Shown one piece after another: positions 8,527 to 17,840 of a stretch of DNA of 64,000 nucleotides (within the stretch, counting starts at the first letter, position 1; the number at the start of each line of letters is the position of its first letter). A program made the position numbers and the translations under genes. This stretch comes from Alphaproteobacteria bacterium (GTDB taxonomy: Bacteria > Pseudomonadota > Alphaproteobacteria > UBA828): the NCBI GenBank assembly GCA_965220745.1, contig CBDCQT010000010.1, positions 480,001-544,000 on the forward strand, given 5' to 3'. Under the pieces are notes generated by a model. That model did not search any database. It was not told the DNA's origin and saw nothing but the letters and a program-made list of their open reading frames with translations.

Positions 8527-9996
8527 CTACGGCAGGCAGTCGAGATAGGTCTCGACGTCCCACTCGGTGACCGTGGACATGAAGCGCTCCCACTCGTCGC
8601 GCTTGTAGTGCATGAAGACCTTGAGCATCTCGTCCGGCATCGCGGCCTTGATCACCTCGTCGCGCTCCAGCGCATCGAGCGCCTCGCCGAGCGACATCGG
8701 CAGCTTCTTCACCAGCTTGCCGGCCTCCATGGCCTGGTAAATGTTGCGCTCCTCCGGCTCGCCGGGGTCCAGATCGCGCGCGATGCCGTCGTCGAAGGCC
8801 TTGATGATGGCGCCGGCCATCAGGTACGGGTTGACCATCGAATCGACCGAGCGGTACTCGAAGCGACCCGGTGCCGAAACCCGCAGGCCGCAGGTCCGGT
8901 TCTGATAGCCCCAGTCGGCGAAGACCGGCGCCCAGAAGCCGGTGTCCCAGAGACGCCGATACGAGTTCACCGTCGAAGAGCCGAGCGCGGTGAGCGCCGC
9001 AAGGTGCTCCATCACGCCGCCGATGCACTTGAGGCCGACCGGGCCGGGCTTGTGGTCGTCGATCGACGGGTCCGGCATGAACAGGTTCTCGCCGCCCTTC
9101 CAGTAGCTGAAGGTGTCTTCCAGGCCGGGCATCGGGTCCTGGTGCAGCGCGTTGACCCGTTGCTCGCCGCCGGTCCAGAGCGAGACGTTGTGATGGCAGC
9201 CGCTCGCCGAGACCCCCATGAAGGGCTTCGACATGAAGCAGGCGATGACGCCGTGCTCGCGGGCGACCTGGGCGCAGATCTGGCGGTAGGTGGTGAGCCG
9301 GTCGGCGGTACGGAGCGCATCGTCGAAGGTGAAGTTGAGCTCAAGCTGGCCGGGGGCGTCCTCGTGGTCGCCCTGGATCATGTCGAGTCCCATGGCCTGG
9401 CCGTACTCGATCACCTGCATGAAGATCGGCCGGAGCTCCTCGAACTGGTCGATGTGATAGCAGTTGGGCTTGGTGACACCGCCGTCGGTCCCGCCGTCCG
9501 CGCCGCGCTTGAGCCACATCATCTCGGGCTCGGTGCCGTGGCGCATTTGCATCCCGTGCTTGGCCTGGAACTCGTCGTGGATGATCCGCAGGTTGCCGCG
9601 GCAGTCCGAGGTCAGGTGGCCGCCGGGGTTCTCGCGCTCTTCCCGGTTGCGGAAGCAGGTGCAGAAGACGCGGGCAACGCGCTTGTCCCAGGGCAGCTGG
9701 ACGAAGGTCTCGGGGTCGGGGATGCCGACCAATTCAGACGCTTCCGGCCCGTAGCCGATGTAGTTGGAGTGGCGGTCGGTGAAGAGATTCGCGGTCGAGC
9801 CGTAGACCAGCTGGAAGCCGCGTTCGGCGATCTGCTCCCAGTGATCGGCGGGCATGCCCTTGCCGACGATCCGGCCCGTGACGGAGACGAACTGGTAGTA
9901 GATGTAGGTGACACCGAGCTCCTCGATCTTGGCGCGTACCTGCCGCACCAGTTCGTCGCGGCCTTCCCTGTTCACATGGGCTTCAAGATCGGTCAT
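8527..9996 (-). CDS. Glutamine synthetase-like gamma-glutamyl-amine ligase (GlnT/GmaS-like)
   Basis: GTEPE, DHEDAPGQLE, FMSKPF..SASGCHHN, NSYRRL, NRTCGLR, EYRSVD, NPYL. Start at MTDLEAH with RBS GGAG. Confidence 0.85.
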   Translation of the reverse strand: MTDLEAHVNREGRDELVRQVRAKIEELGVTYIYYQFVSVTGRIVGKGMPADHWEQIAERGFQLVYGSTANLFTDRHSNYIGYGPEASELVGIPDPETFVQLPWDKRVARVFCTCFRNREERENPGGHLTSDCRGNLRIIHDEFQAKHGMQMRHGTEPEMMWLKRGADGGTDGGVTKPNCYHIDQFEELRPIFMQVIEYGQAMGLDMIQGDHEDAPGQLELNFTFDDALRTADRLTTYRQICAQVAREHGVIACFMSKPFMGVSASGCHHNVSLWTGGEQRVNALHQDPMPGLEDTFSYWKGGENLFMPDPSIDDHKPGPVGLKCIGGVMEHLAALTALGSSTVNSYRRLWDTGFWAPVFADWGYQNRTCGLRVSAPGRFEYRSVDSMVNPYLMAGAIIKAFDDGIARDLDPGEPEERNIYQAMEAGKLVKKLPMSLGEALDALERDEVIKAAMPDEMLKVFMHYKRDEWERFMSTVTEWDVETYLDCLP

Positions 9997-10030
9997 CTCC
10001 GCATCCTCCCAGACGATCCGGCTGGTCCCG

Positions 10031-11374
10031 TCAGCTCCACGGGAAGGGGCTGTTCGAGACCGGGTGAAGGCGGCCCTCCGCAAAGCGCGAGAAGCGGAAA
10101 GGCTCGAGCAGGGCGCTTTCGCGGCCCATCAGCTCGTCGGCGACCAGCTTGCCGACGGCCATCATCTTGTAACCGTGGTTCGAATCGGCGATCACGTAGC
10201 AGTTCTCGCGGAAGCGATCGAACACGGGAAAATTGTCGGCGGCGAACGCGCCGATGCCGCCGGAGGGCTCATCGAGCCAGTGCCCGATCTGGCCCTTGTA
10301 GCGGCTCTGGCAGTGGGCGAGCGCCGAGCACCACATCTCCCTGAATGCCTCGTCGACCACGAATTCCGGCGACTCCGGTCCGTAGGGGTCGATCGCCACC
10401 TCGGGCACCGCAGTCTTCACCTTGTAAGGCGTGGCGCCGCCCTGGACGCCGCCGAAGTTGAAGTCCGGCTTGTAGTAGATGCCCCACATCTCGTCGGTGA
10501 TCAGCTTGCCGTCCACGTCGGAGTAGAGCGGCTCGTCGGAATCGACGTGAATGACCGGCGGCATGGAGCCGTCGTCCGCCATGCCGTAGGAGGGCTCGAC
10601 CGCGATCGTTCCTTCCTGCAGGCACCAGAAGCGCCACATGTCCACATCGCGGTGCAGGGTGCCTTCCAGGTCCTTGACGTCGATCCGTTCCGGCAGGTCG
10701 AGCATCTCCCAGATTCGCGGCACCCAGGGCCCGACCGCGACGATGACCTGGTCGACGTCGATGGAGCCCTGGTCGGTCTCGACCGAGGTCACCGCCTTGG
10801 AGTTGGCGCCGAAGCCGAAGCCCTTGACCTCGACCCCGGTAAGGATGCGCACGCCGGCGCCCCTCGCCTTGTCCGCGAGCCCCAGCATCGAGGCCTTGTT
10901 GTGGGCGTAGCCGCCCCTCTTCTCGTGCAGGACGGAGGTGATGCCGGGCGCCTGCCAGTCGTCGAACAGACCCCGCATGTAGCGTGTACAGTCGGCCTCG
11001 CCCTCGATGAACTCGGATTCGTAGCCGATCGCCCGCTGCTGCGCGGCGATCTCGGCAACGTCCGCATGCATGCTCTCGGGGCTGATCTGCATGTAGCCAA
11101 CGGAATGGTAGTGGTAGGCCTCGGGATCGCTCTCCCACTCCTCCACGCAGGCCGCCATCAGCTCGCGCATGGCCGGCTGATAGTAGTTGTTGCGGACGAC
11201 GCCGCAGGCGATGCCGGAGGCTCCGGCGGCGATGTCGGTCTTGTCCACCACCAAGATGTCTGCGGCGGCGCCGTTGCCCTTTGCCTTGAGCGAGGAGGCG
11301 AGGTGATAGGCGGTACTGAGGCCGTGGATTCCGGCCCCGATGATCAGATACTTGACGTGCCGCGGAAGCGTCAT
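10031..11374 (-). CDS. FAD-dependent oxidoreductase (sarcosine oxidase beta / DAO family)
   Basis: IIGAGIHGLSTAYHL dinucleotide fold, GASGIACGVVRNNY, HGYKM. Confidence 0.85.
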   Translation of the reverse strand: MTLPRHVKYLIIGAGIHGLSTAYHLASSLKAKGNGAAADILVVDKTDIAAGASGIACGVVRNNYYQPAMRELMAACVEEWESDPEAYHYHSVGYMQISPESMHADVAEIAAQQRAIGYESEFIEGEADCTRYMRGLFDDWQAPGITSVLHEKRGGYAHNKASMLGLADKARGAGVRILTGVEVKGFGFGANSKAVTSVETDQGSIDVDQVIVAVGPWVPRIWEMLDLPERIDVKDLEGTLHRDVDMWRFWCLQEGTIAVEPSYGMADDGSMPPVIHVDSDEPLYSDVDGKLITDEMWGIYYKPDFNFGGVQGGATPYKVKTAVPEVAIDPYGPESPEFVVDEAFREMWCSALAHCQSRYKGQIGHWLDEPSGGIGAFAADNFPVFDRFRENCYVIADSNHGYKMMAVGKLVADELMGRESALLEPFRFSRFAEGRLHPVSNSPFPWS

Positions 11375-11447
11375 GCGTTCCTCTCCCCGACCTTGATCGG
11401 CCGATGTTCGGGGGCGGACTCAAGCCCCCGCCCCAAGATTTGTCAAG

Positions 11448-11487
11448 CCAATTGTCGCCCAATCGGCGGGACCAATTGTGAACCAAT
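11448..11487. promoter_or_regulatory. Four phased CCAAT boxes, putative GntR operator array
   Basis: CCAAT at 11448, 11459, 11472 and 11483 in the AT-rich divergent intergenic region. Confidence 0.5.
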
Positions 11488-11629
11488 ATGAATGAATGGT
11501 TGAACGTCACGTCAAAATTGATTAAAGCAAAGAAGCCCGCATGCGGCCTGCGTCGTGGCGTAAGACGTTTTGGGAGGCGATTGGGTCACGGGCCGGCGGG
11601 CGGCGCGCAACAGGAAATGGGCTGGCGCC

Positions 11630-12349
11630 ATGGAGATCGAAGGCACACAGGTCGGCAACCAGAACGGCGGAATTCCAAGGCCGGCCGATTCGGCGGCCGA
11701 TGTGATCGCGGCGCAGCTTGCCCGACGCATTCTCGACGGGTCGCTCGCGATGGGCGACCGATTGCCGCCGGAACGCAGCCTCGCCGAGTCGTTTTCGGCC
11801 TCGCGCGGCACGGTGCGTGAGGCCCTGCGCTCGTTATCGGCGCGCGGGCTGGTGGCACGCCGGGTGGGCAGCGGCACATTCGTCATCTACGAGCCCGACG
11901 CGGGCGAGACCGACGTCTCCGAAATTACCTCGCCGCTGGAACTGGTCGAGGTCCGCGCCGCCATCGAGCCGCAGATGGCCCGGCTCGCGGTGCGCAACGC
12001 CACGGCGCGCGACATGGCCGCGCTGCAGCGCGCGGTCGCCGAGATGGAAGGGGTGGAAGACGCCGAGAGCTTCTCGCTCGCCGACGAAATGTTCCACCTG
12101 AGGCTCGCAGAGGCGACCCACAATCCCCTGATCGTCGAGATCTACCACCGCATCAACCACGTCCGCGCCCACCAGCAATGGGACTCCATCAAGAACAAAA
12201 TTCTGACGCCGGAGCAGATCACCGCCTACAACGCGGAGCACCGCGCGCTGCTCGCGGCGCTCTCCCGCCGCGATGCGGAGCGCGCCGTGGAAGTGCTCTC
12301 CGCCCACATGGACCGCGCCCGCGCCGACCTGCTGGCCAGCGCCGGCTGA
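11630..12349 (+). CDS. FadR/GntR family transcriptional regulator
   Basis: LPPERSLAESFSASRGTVREAL wHTH and FCD domain (FH..LAEATHN, EH). Confidence 0.9.
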   Translation: MEIEGTQVGNQNGGIPRPADSAADVIAAQLARRILDGSLAMGDRLPPERSLAESFSASRGTVREALRSLSARGLVARRVGSGTFVIYEPDAGETDVSEITSPLELVEVRAAIEPQMARLAVRNATARDMAALQRAVAEMEGVEDAESFSLADEMFHLRLAEATHNPLIVEIYHRINHVRAHQQWDSIKNKILTPEQITAYNAEHRALLAALSRRDAERAVEVLSAHMDRARADLLASAG

Positions 12350-12552
12350 GACGCTCCCCCTGCGGCGGCCGTCGCCGCCGCTTATCTCTGCGGGCGATTT
12401 CGGGATGAGACGCCGCTCCGATTGTGTTTAGATTGACGGGATCGTCGCCTCTGCGATCGTGTAGAGAGCGGCTGGCGCGTCACGACCATTAGTTGCCGCC
12501 TTCACGGGGCTGGACGCGGGCCCCATCGCGCGGCGCCACAGAGGAGAAGACT

Positions 12553-13746
12553 ATGAACGAGGACAAACTTCTCAAGCAGATGGTGAAGCGCGACCCGGTG
12601 CGCGGCGCGGCCGCCACCCGGCGCCAGGTGCTTCAAGGGATCGGTGCAGGCGCGTTGGCGCTGGGAGCGGGCGGCGCCCTCGCGGGCCGGGCCCGTGCCG
12701 CTGACGAACTGACGATGCTGACGTGGGACGGCTACGTGGACCCGCGCGTGCTCGACGGCTTCACCGATCAGTACGACACGGGGATCAAGTACGAGCTGCA
12801 CACGTCGGACCCGGATTCGGTCAACAAGCTCCGCGCCGGCGAGACCGCCATCTGGGACATCATCAACCTGAACAATCCCTGGGCGCGTGAGATGATGTGG
12901 CCGGAGGGGCTGATCGTCGAGCTCGACCGGGCCCGCTTCGAGCCCTACTTCGAGCAGATGCTGCCGATGTTCCATCCGCCCTACAAGTGGGCGATGAGCC
13001 TCGACAACGAGCACCTGCTGGGGGTCTGCCAGCGGGTGGATACCTTCGACTTCGTGGTCAACACCGATGTCATCTCGGCCGAAATGGCGAAGGACGAAGG
13101 CTGGGATCTGTTCAACAATCCCGACATGGCCGGCCGCTACGGCATTCTTGCCTACGACAACTGGAACATCATGCACATCTGCATGGCCGCCGGCCTGCAC
13201 CCGTTCAAGATGAAGTCCGACGACGAGGTCGCCACCTTCGAGGAGACGGCGCGGCGGCTCATCAACGGCGCGAAGATGGTCTCGGACGACTTCGTCGCCG
13301 TGAACCTCGCCGTGATCAACGACGAGATCGACATGTACTTCGGCGGCGGCACGTACTCGATCTCGGCGGCGCGTCTCGACGGGCTCACCAACCTCTATCA
13401 CGTGGTGCCGAGGAGCGGGCCTGCCGACGGCAAGGGCGGGATCAACTGGATCGAGCTCAGCTCGGTGGTCAACAATCCCGATCTCCACCCGAAGGCCTTC
13501 GACTGGATGGAATACATCCTCCAGCCCGATACCTCTTACGCCGTGGCGACCGCCGGCGGCTTCCTGCTCCCGGTGGGGCAGATGTCGCAGCCCGAGCTGC
13601 TCGCCAAGTTCACGGCGGAAGAGCTCGACTCCTTCCAGTGGGACGAGTTCGACTACCGCATCTCGCACTCCGTCGAGTACGACGTGGTGCCGGACTACAA
13701 CCGGCTCTACGACATCTACACGGCGGCGCGGCGCGAGAAGTCCTAA
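12553..13746 (+). CDS. ABC transporter substrate-binding protein, PotD/PotF-like, Tat signal
   Basis: TRRQVL twin-arginine motif, LTWDGY, RBS GAGGAG. Confidence 0.85.
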   Translation: MNEDKLLKQMVKRDPVRGAAATRRQVLQGIGAGALALGAGGALAGRARAADELTMLTWDGYVDPRVLDGFTDQYDTGIKYELHTSDPDSVNKLRAGETAIWDIINLNNPWAREMMWPEGLIVELDRARFEPYFEQMLPMFHPPYKWAMSLDNEHLLGVCQRVDTFDFVVNTDVISAEMAKDEGWDLFNNPDMAGRYGILAYDNWNIMHICMAAGLHPFKMKSDDEVATFEETARRLINGAKMVSDDFVAVNLAVINDEIDMYFGGGTYSISAARLDGLTNLYHVVPRSGPADGKGGINWIELSSVVNNPDLHPKAFDWMEYILQPDTSYAVATAGGFLLPVGQMSQPELLAKFTAEELDSFQWDEFDYRISHSVEYDVVPDYNRLYDIYTAARREKS

Positions 13747-13763
13747 GCCCGGCCGGCAGCGAT

Positions 13764-13793
13764 GGGGGCGCGCGGCAGCTACCGCGCGCCCCC
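13764..13793 (+). terminator. GC-rich hairpin after the SBP gene (terminator or mRNA stabiliser)
   Basis: GGGGGCGCGCGG-N6-CCGCGCGCCCCC followed by GCTTT. Confidence 0.6.
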
Positions 13794-13863
13794 GCTTTGA
13801 TCGCACGCCCGGCCGGTCCCGGCCGGGCGGCGCATTTGCGGAGAGAGGATCGAGACGAGCGCC

Positions 13864-14934
13864 ATGGTGGATGCCGCGCCCATCCTGCGCATGGTCAGCC
13901 TGACCAAGCAGTTCGGCCGACTGGTCGCCGTGAACGACGTCACCCTCGATATCCAGGAGGGCGAGTTCTTCACCATCGTCGGCCCCTCCGGCAGCGGCAA
14001 AACCACGCTGCTCCGCATGCTGGGTGGGCTGGAGAAGCCGACCGCGGGCGACATCTACTTGCGCGACGAGCGGGTCAACCAAGTGCCCGCGAACCGGCGG
14101 CCGACCTGCATGGTCTTCCAGTCGCTTGCGCTCTTCAATCACAAGACGGTCGGCCAGAACATCGAATTCTCGCTGAAGATGCGGGGCGAGAGCCGCCGCG
14201 CCCGCCGCGAGCGCGGCCTCTCGCTCATGAACGTGGTGCAGCTGCCAGAGGACTACTACGACAAGTCCGTGACCAAGTGCTCGGGCGGTGAGCGCCAGCG
14301 CGTGGCGCTGGCCCGCGCCCTTGCCTCCGATCCGGACATCCTGTTCTTCGACGAGCCGCTATCCGCCATCGACTATCGGCTGCGCAAGCTGCTGGAGGTC
14401 GAGCTCAAGGACCTGCACCGCACCACCGGCAAGACCTTCGTCTACATCACCCACAGCCTCGAAGAGGCGATGGTGATGAGCGACCGCATCGGGATCATGC
14501 AGGAGGGACGCCTGATCCAAATCGGCTCGCCCAACGAAATCTATCTGCGCCCGCGCAACAAGTTCGTCTCCGAATTCATGGGGGAGGTAAACACGCTCGC
14601 GGTGCAGGCCGGCGCGGACGGCGGCATCGACTGCCCCGCCTTCCAGCGCCGCTTCACCAGCCCGACCCGGCGGCCGGACGGCTTCTCCCACGGCTATCTC
14701 GTGATCCGGCCCGAATCGATGCGCTTCCTCAACGACCCCTCCGAGGCCGAGAACCATCTGGAGGGCTCGCTCTTCAACGAGTACGCGCTGGGCTCCCGGG
14801 TGCAGTACCACGTGAGCGCCGGCGGCTCGATGTTCGTCGTCGAGAAACTGCGCGAGCAGGCCTATCGGGGTTCGCTCAACGACGACGTGCTAATCGGCTG
14901 GGACGCCAAAGACAGCGTGCTCGTGACCGACTGA
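13864..14934 (+). CDS. ABC transporter ATP-binding protein (PotA-like)
   Basis: GPSGSGKTT, SGGERQRVALARAL, FFDEP, C-terminal TOBE-like region. Confidence 0.9.
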   Translation: MVDAAPILRMVSLTKQFGRLVAVNDVTLDIQEGEFFTIVGPSGSGKTTLLRMLGGLEKPTAGDIYLRDERVNQVPANRRPTCMVFQSLALFNHKTVGQNIEFSLKMRGESRRARRERGLSLMNVVQLPEDYYDKSVTKCSGGERQRVALARALASDPDILFFDEPLSAIDYRLRKLLEVELKDLHRTTGKTFVYITHSLEEAMVMSDRIGIMQEGRLIQIGSPNEIYLRPRNKFVSEFMGEVNTLAVQAGADGGIDCPAFQRRFTSPTRRPDGFSHGYLVIRPESMRFLNDPSEAENHLEGSLFNEYALGSRVQYHVSAGGSMFVVEKLREQAYRGSLNDDVLIGWDAKDSVLVTD

Positions 14935-15848
14935 TGACCGACCGCGCAGAGGCTCCTGCACCGCTGATCCGGCAGCCGGGGGTCGGGTCGCTTCTGCTCG
15001 GCTGGCTGCGCTCGCCCGGCGTGCTCAACGCCACGCCCGTTCTGATCTTCTTCCTGATCGGTTTCGTCGGCCCGCTGGTGATCGTGCTGGCCTTCAGCTT
15101 CACCCCTGAGCGCACCTTCGACCTCGGCGCCGGCTTCACCACCGAGAACTACGAGCACATCTTCACGGAGAGCTACTACATCTCCTTCATCTGGTCGTTC
15201 GCTCTGGCCGGGCTCACCGTCGCCTGCAACCTGCTGATCGGTTACCCCATTGCCTACGGCCTCTCCAAGCTGTTCGGCCGCTGGGCGGCGCCAGTCATGC
15301 TGGTGCTCGTCATTCCGCTCTTCGTCTCCGAGAACGTGCGGCTCTTCGGTTGGTACCTCTTCCTGATCAAGGGCGGCGGCATTCTGGCGGGCGGCCTCAA
15401 GACCGCCTTCGGCATCGACACCGGCACGTTGCTCTACGAGCCCGGCACCATCCTGATGGGCATGATCTACGTCTATCTGCCCTTCACCCTCTTCCCCATC
15501 GTTTTAGGGCTTTCCATGGTGCCGCGCGACCAGGTGGAGGCCTCGCGCGACCTCGGCGCGAGCCGCTTCCAGATCTTCCGCGAGGTCGAGCTGCCGATCG
15601 CCATGCCGGGCATCCTGATCGGGGCGCTGCTGACCTTCGTGCTCGCGGTGGGCGCGATCTCGGAGGCCAAGCTGCTCGGCGGCCAGAACACGCCGGTGAT
15701 CGCCCAGGACATCCAGCACGAGTTCACCTACGCCCAGAACTGGCCGCTGGGCTCGGCGATCTCGGTGCTGGCCATCGTGGTCACCGGCTTCCTCGTGGTG
15801 CTGGTGATGCGCCGGCTCGATCTCGACCGGCTGCTGGGCCGACGATGA
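14934..15848 (+). CDS. ABC transporter permease (PotB-like)
   Basis: TM helices, EASRDLGA loop, NWPLGSA. Confidence 0.9.
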   Translation: MTDRAEAPAPLIRQPGVGSLLLGWLRSPGVLNATPVLIFFLIGFVGPLVIVLAFSFTPERTFDLGAGFTTENYEHIFTESYYISFIWSFALAGLTVACNLLIGYPIAYGLSKLFGRWAAPVMLVLVIPLFVSENVRLFGWYLFLIKGGGILAGGLKTAFGIDTGTLLYEPGTILMGMIYVYLPFTLFPIVLGLSMVPRDQVEASRDLGASRFQIFREVELPIAMPGILIGALLTFVLAVGAISEAKLLGGQNTPVIAQDIQHEFTYAQNWPLGSAISVLAIVVTGFLVVLVMRRLDLDRLLGRR

Positions 15849-15869
15849 TGCGCGGCGGTAGGCACTGAG

Positions 15870-16676
15870 ATGGAAAGCAAGCGCTGGGTCATAAGCCTGA
15901 TCGCGGTCTGGACCGGCGTGATCGCGCTCTTCCTTTACATCCCGATCTTCTCGGTCATCACGAGCTCGTTCGGCAAGTCCCGCTACTTCCGCTTCCCCGT
16001 GAAGGCGTGGAGCGACAAGTGGTACGACCAGACCCTGGACGCCAACCTGACCACGGACCTGCACCTCACCTCGTTCTATGTCGCGGGTTGTGTCGCGCTG
16101 ATCGCGGTCGTGCTGGGCTTCTTCGGCGCCTTGGCGTTCGCCCGCTACAACTGGCGCGGGCGGCAGTTCTACCAGCGCCTCATCATGCTGCCGATCTTCT
16201 TCCCCCAGGCCGTGCTCGGTTTGGCGCTTCTGCTCTGGTTCACCTACGTGGGCGTGCTGCCGAGCTGGGAGGCGGCGGTCTTCGCCCATCTGGTCTGGAT
16301 CGTGCCGATCGTGACCCTGGTGATCTCGATCCAGGTCTATGGCTTCGACGCCGCGCAGGAGGAAGCCGCCTACGATCTCGGCGCGAGCCGCTGGCAGGCC
16401 TTCCGCGAGGTCACGCTGCCGGCGCTCGCCCCCGGCCTCTTCTCCGGCGCGCTCTTCGCCTTCCTGCTCTCCTGGGGCAACTTCCCACTCTCCACCTTCA
16501 CCACGGGCGCCGACAGCACGGTGACCGAGTGGCTCTACACCAAGATGGGCTCCGGCTACACGCCGATGATCCCGACCATGGGCGCGCTCTCGGTGTTCGG
16601 CGCCATCGTCATTCTGTTCGGCGGCTACATGTTCCTGATCGTCCAACGACGGCGGCGGCTGGAGCGAGGTGACTAG
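15870..16676 (+). CDS. ABC transporter permease (PotC-like)
   Basis: TM helices, EEAAYDLGA loop. Confidence 0.9.
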   Translation: MESKRWVISLIAVWTGVIALFLYIPIFSVITSSFGKSRYFRFPVKAWSDKWYDQTLDANLTTDLHLTSFYVAGCVALIAVVLGFFGALAFARYNWRGRQFYQRLIMLPIFFPQAVLGLALLLWFTYVGVLPSWEAAVFAHLVWIVPIVTLVISIQVYGFDAAQEEAAYDLGASRWQAFREVTLPALAPGLFSGALFAFLLSWGNFPLSTFTTGADSTVTEWLYTKMGSGYTPMIPTMGALSVFGAIVILFGGYMFLIVQRRRRLERGD

Positions 16677-16692
16677 CCCGGCCCGCTGCCGA

Positions 16693-17616
16693 TCAAACGG
16701 CGTTCCGAACCAGCGTCGAGTTCCGGCACCAGTCCCGCAGCGAATGGCTGATTTCGGCTAATACGTCGCGGTCCAGATGGACCCCGCGATAGACGGCGTG
16801 CCACCTGAGCGGCAACCCCTCTTCGGTCACCTTGATCTGCGCGATATCGTCTCGAAACTGGAAGTGCGCGACCGCCCACCGGCTCAGGATCGACAAGCCG
16901 AACTCGGCCCGCACGAGCTCGATCACGGCTTCGGTGTGACCCGCATTCAACATCACGCTCGGCCGCTTTCCCGACCGCCTCCATAGTTGGTCCTGCTCAA
17001 ACCCGTCTTCCTTGTGAGCTGAGTAGGTGATGTACGGGTAGTCCATGAAATCGTCGGCTTCGAGAAAACGCTTCGCGGTCAGCGGGTGATTTCTGGGGCA
17101 AATGCAGACCAGCTCGTCGTCGAACAGCGTCACGGTCTCGACCTGCTTGGACGTGATCTGCCCCGCCATGATGCCAAGATCGGCCTCTCCGCTCTCGATC
17201 GTGCGCACTGGCAGGCCGGGTGCGCTCGCGACGAACTCGAAGGCGAGGTTGGGCCGCTTCTCCTTCACGATCTTCAGGAATGCAGGCAGCCAGCGATACG
17301 AGTTGTAGGCGAAGGTCGCGATCCGCACGATCTGGCTCTCTTCGCGTTCGCTGCCGGAGAGCAAGTGGGTTTCGACGTGGTTTGCCTCGTTCAGGATTGA
17401 ATCGGCGCTCGACGCCAGGAGCTCACCTGCCGTGTTCAGCCACACCTTGCGCCCGCTTCGCACCGTCACCTTGCGCCCAAGCCGCCGCTCCACCTCGCTC
17501 AAGCGATGGCTGATCGCTGATTGGGTCACGCCGAGCGCCGCGGCGGCGGCGGTGACGGAATGGTGGTGACGCAGGGCCAGCACGGCGCGGTAGTGGCGAA
17601 GCTCCAACCGTGTCAT
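16693..17616 (-). CDS. LysR family regulator, MetR-like
   Basis: LELRHY...AAAALGVTQSAISHRL HTH and LysR substrate domain. Confidence 0.85.
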   Translation of the reverse strand: MTRLELRHYRAVLALRHHHSVTAAAAALGVTQSAISHRLSEVERRLGRKVTVRSGRKVWLNTAGELLASSADSILNEANHVETHLLSGSEREESQIVRIATFAYNSYRWLPAFLKIVKEKRPNLAFEFVASAPGLPVRTIESGEADLGIMAGQITSKQVETVTLFDDELVCICPRNHPLTAKRFLEADDFMDYPYITYSAHKEDGFEQDQLWRRSGKRPSVMLNAGHTEAVIELVRAEFGLSILSRWAVAHFQFRDDIAQIKVTEEGLPLRWHAVYRGVHLDRDVLAEISHSLRDWCRNSTLVRNAV

Positions 17617-17739
17617 GCAACGAGGCCCTCGGCGGGTGCGTCGCGGACGCCGGGTCTATCTTGGCTTGTCATCCAACACCCCGAATTCAGAATCACGGAC
17701 AGCAACGACGCCCCCTCCCTGTACCATCATCCGACAATA

Positions 17740-17756
17740 CATGAAATTGGTTCATG
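17740..17756. promoter_or_regulatory. MetR-type LysR box
   Basis: Palindrome CATGAA-ATTGG-TTCATG fits TGAAnnTnnTTCA, located between divergent lysR and mttB. Confidence 0.65.
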
Positions 17757-17840
17757 GATTTGCAGAATATTATGAATTCTGGACAGCTCCTGGCGCGGCT
17801 TAGCCTAGTGTCTGCGCGGGGTTCTTGAGGGACGTCGGGG

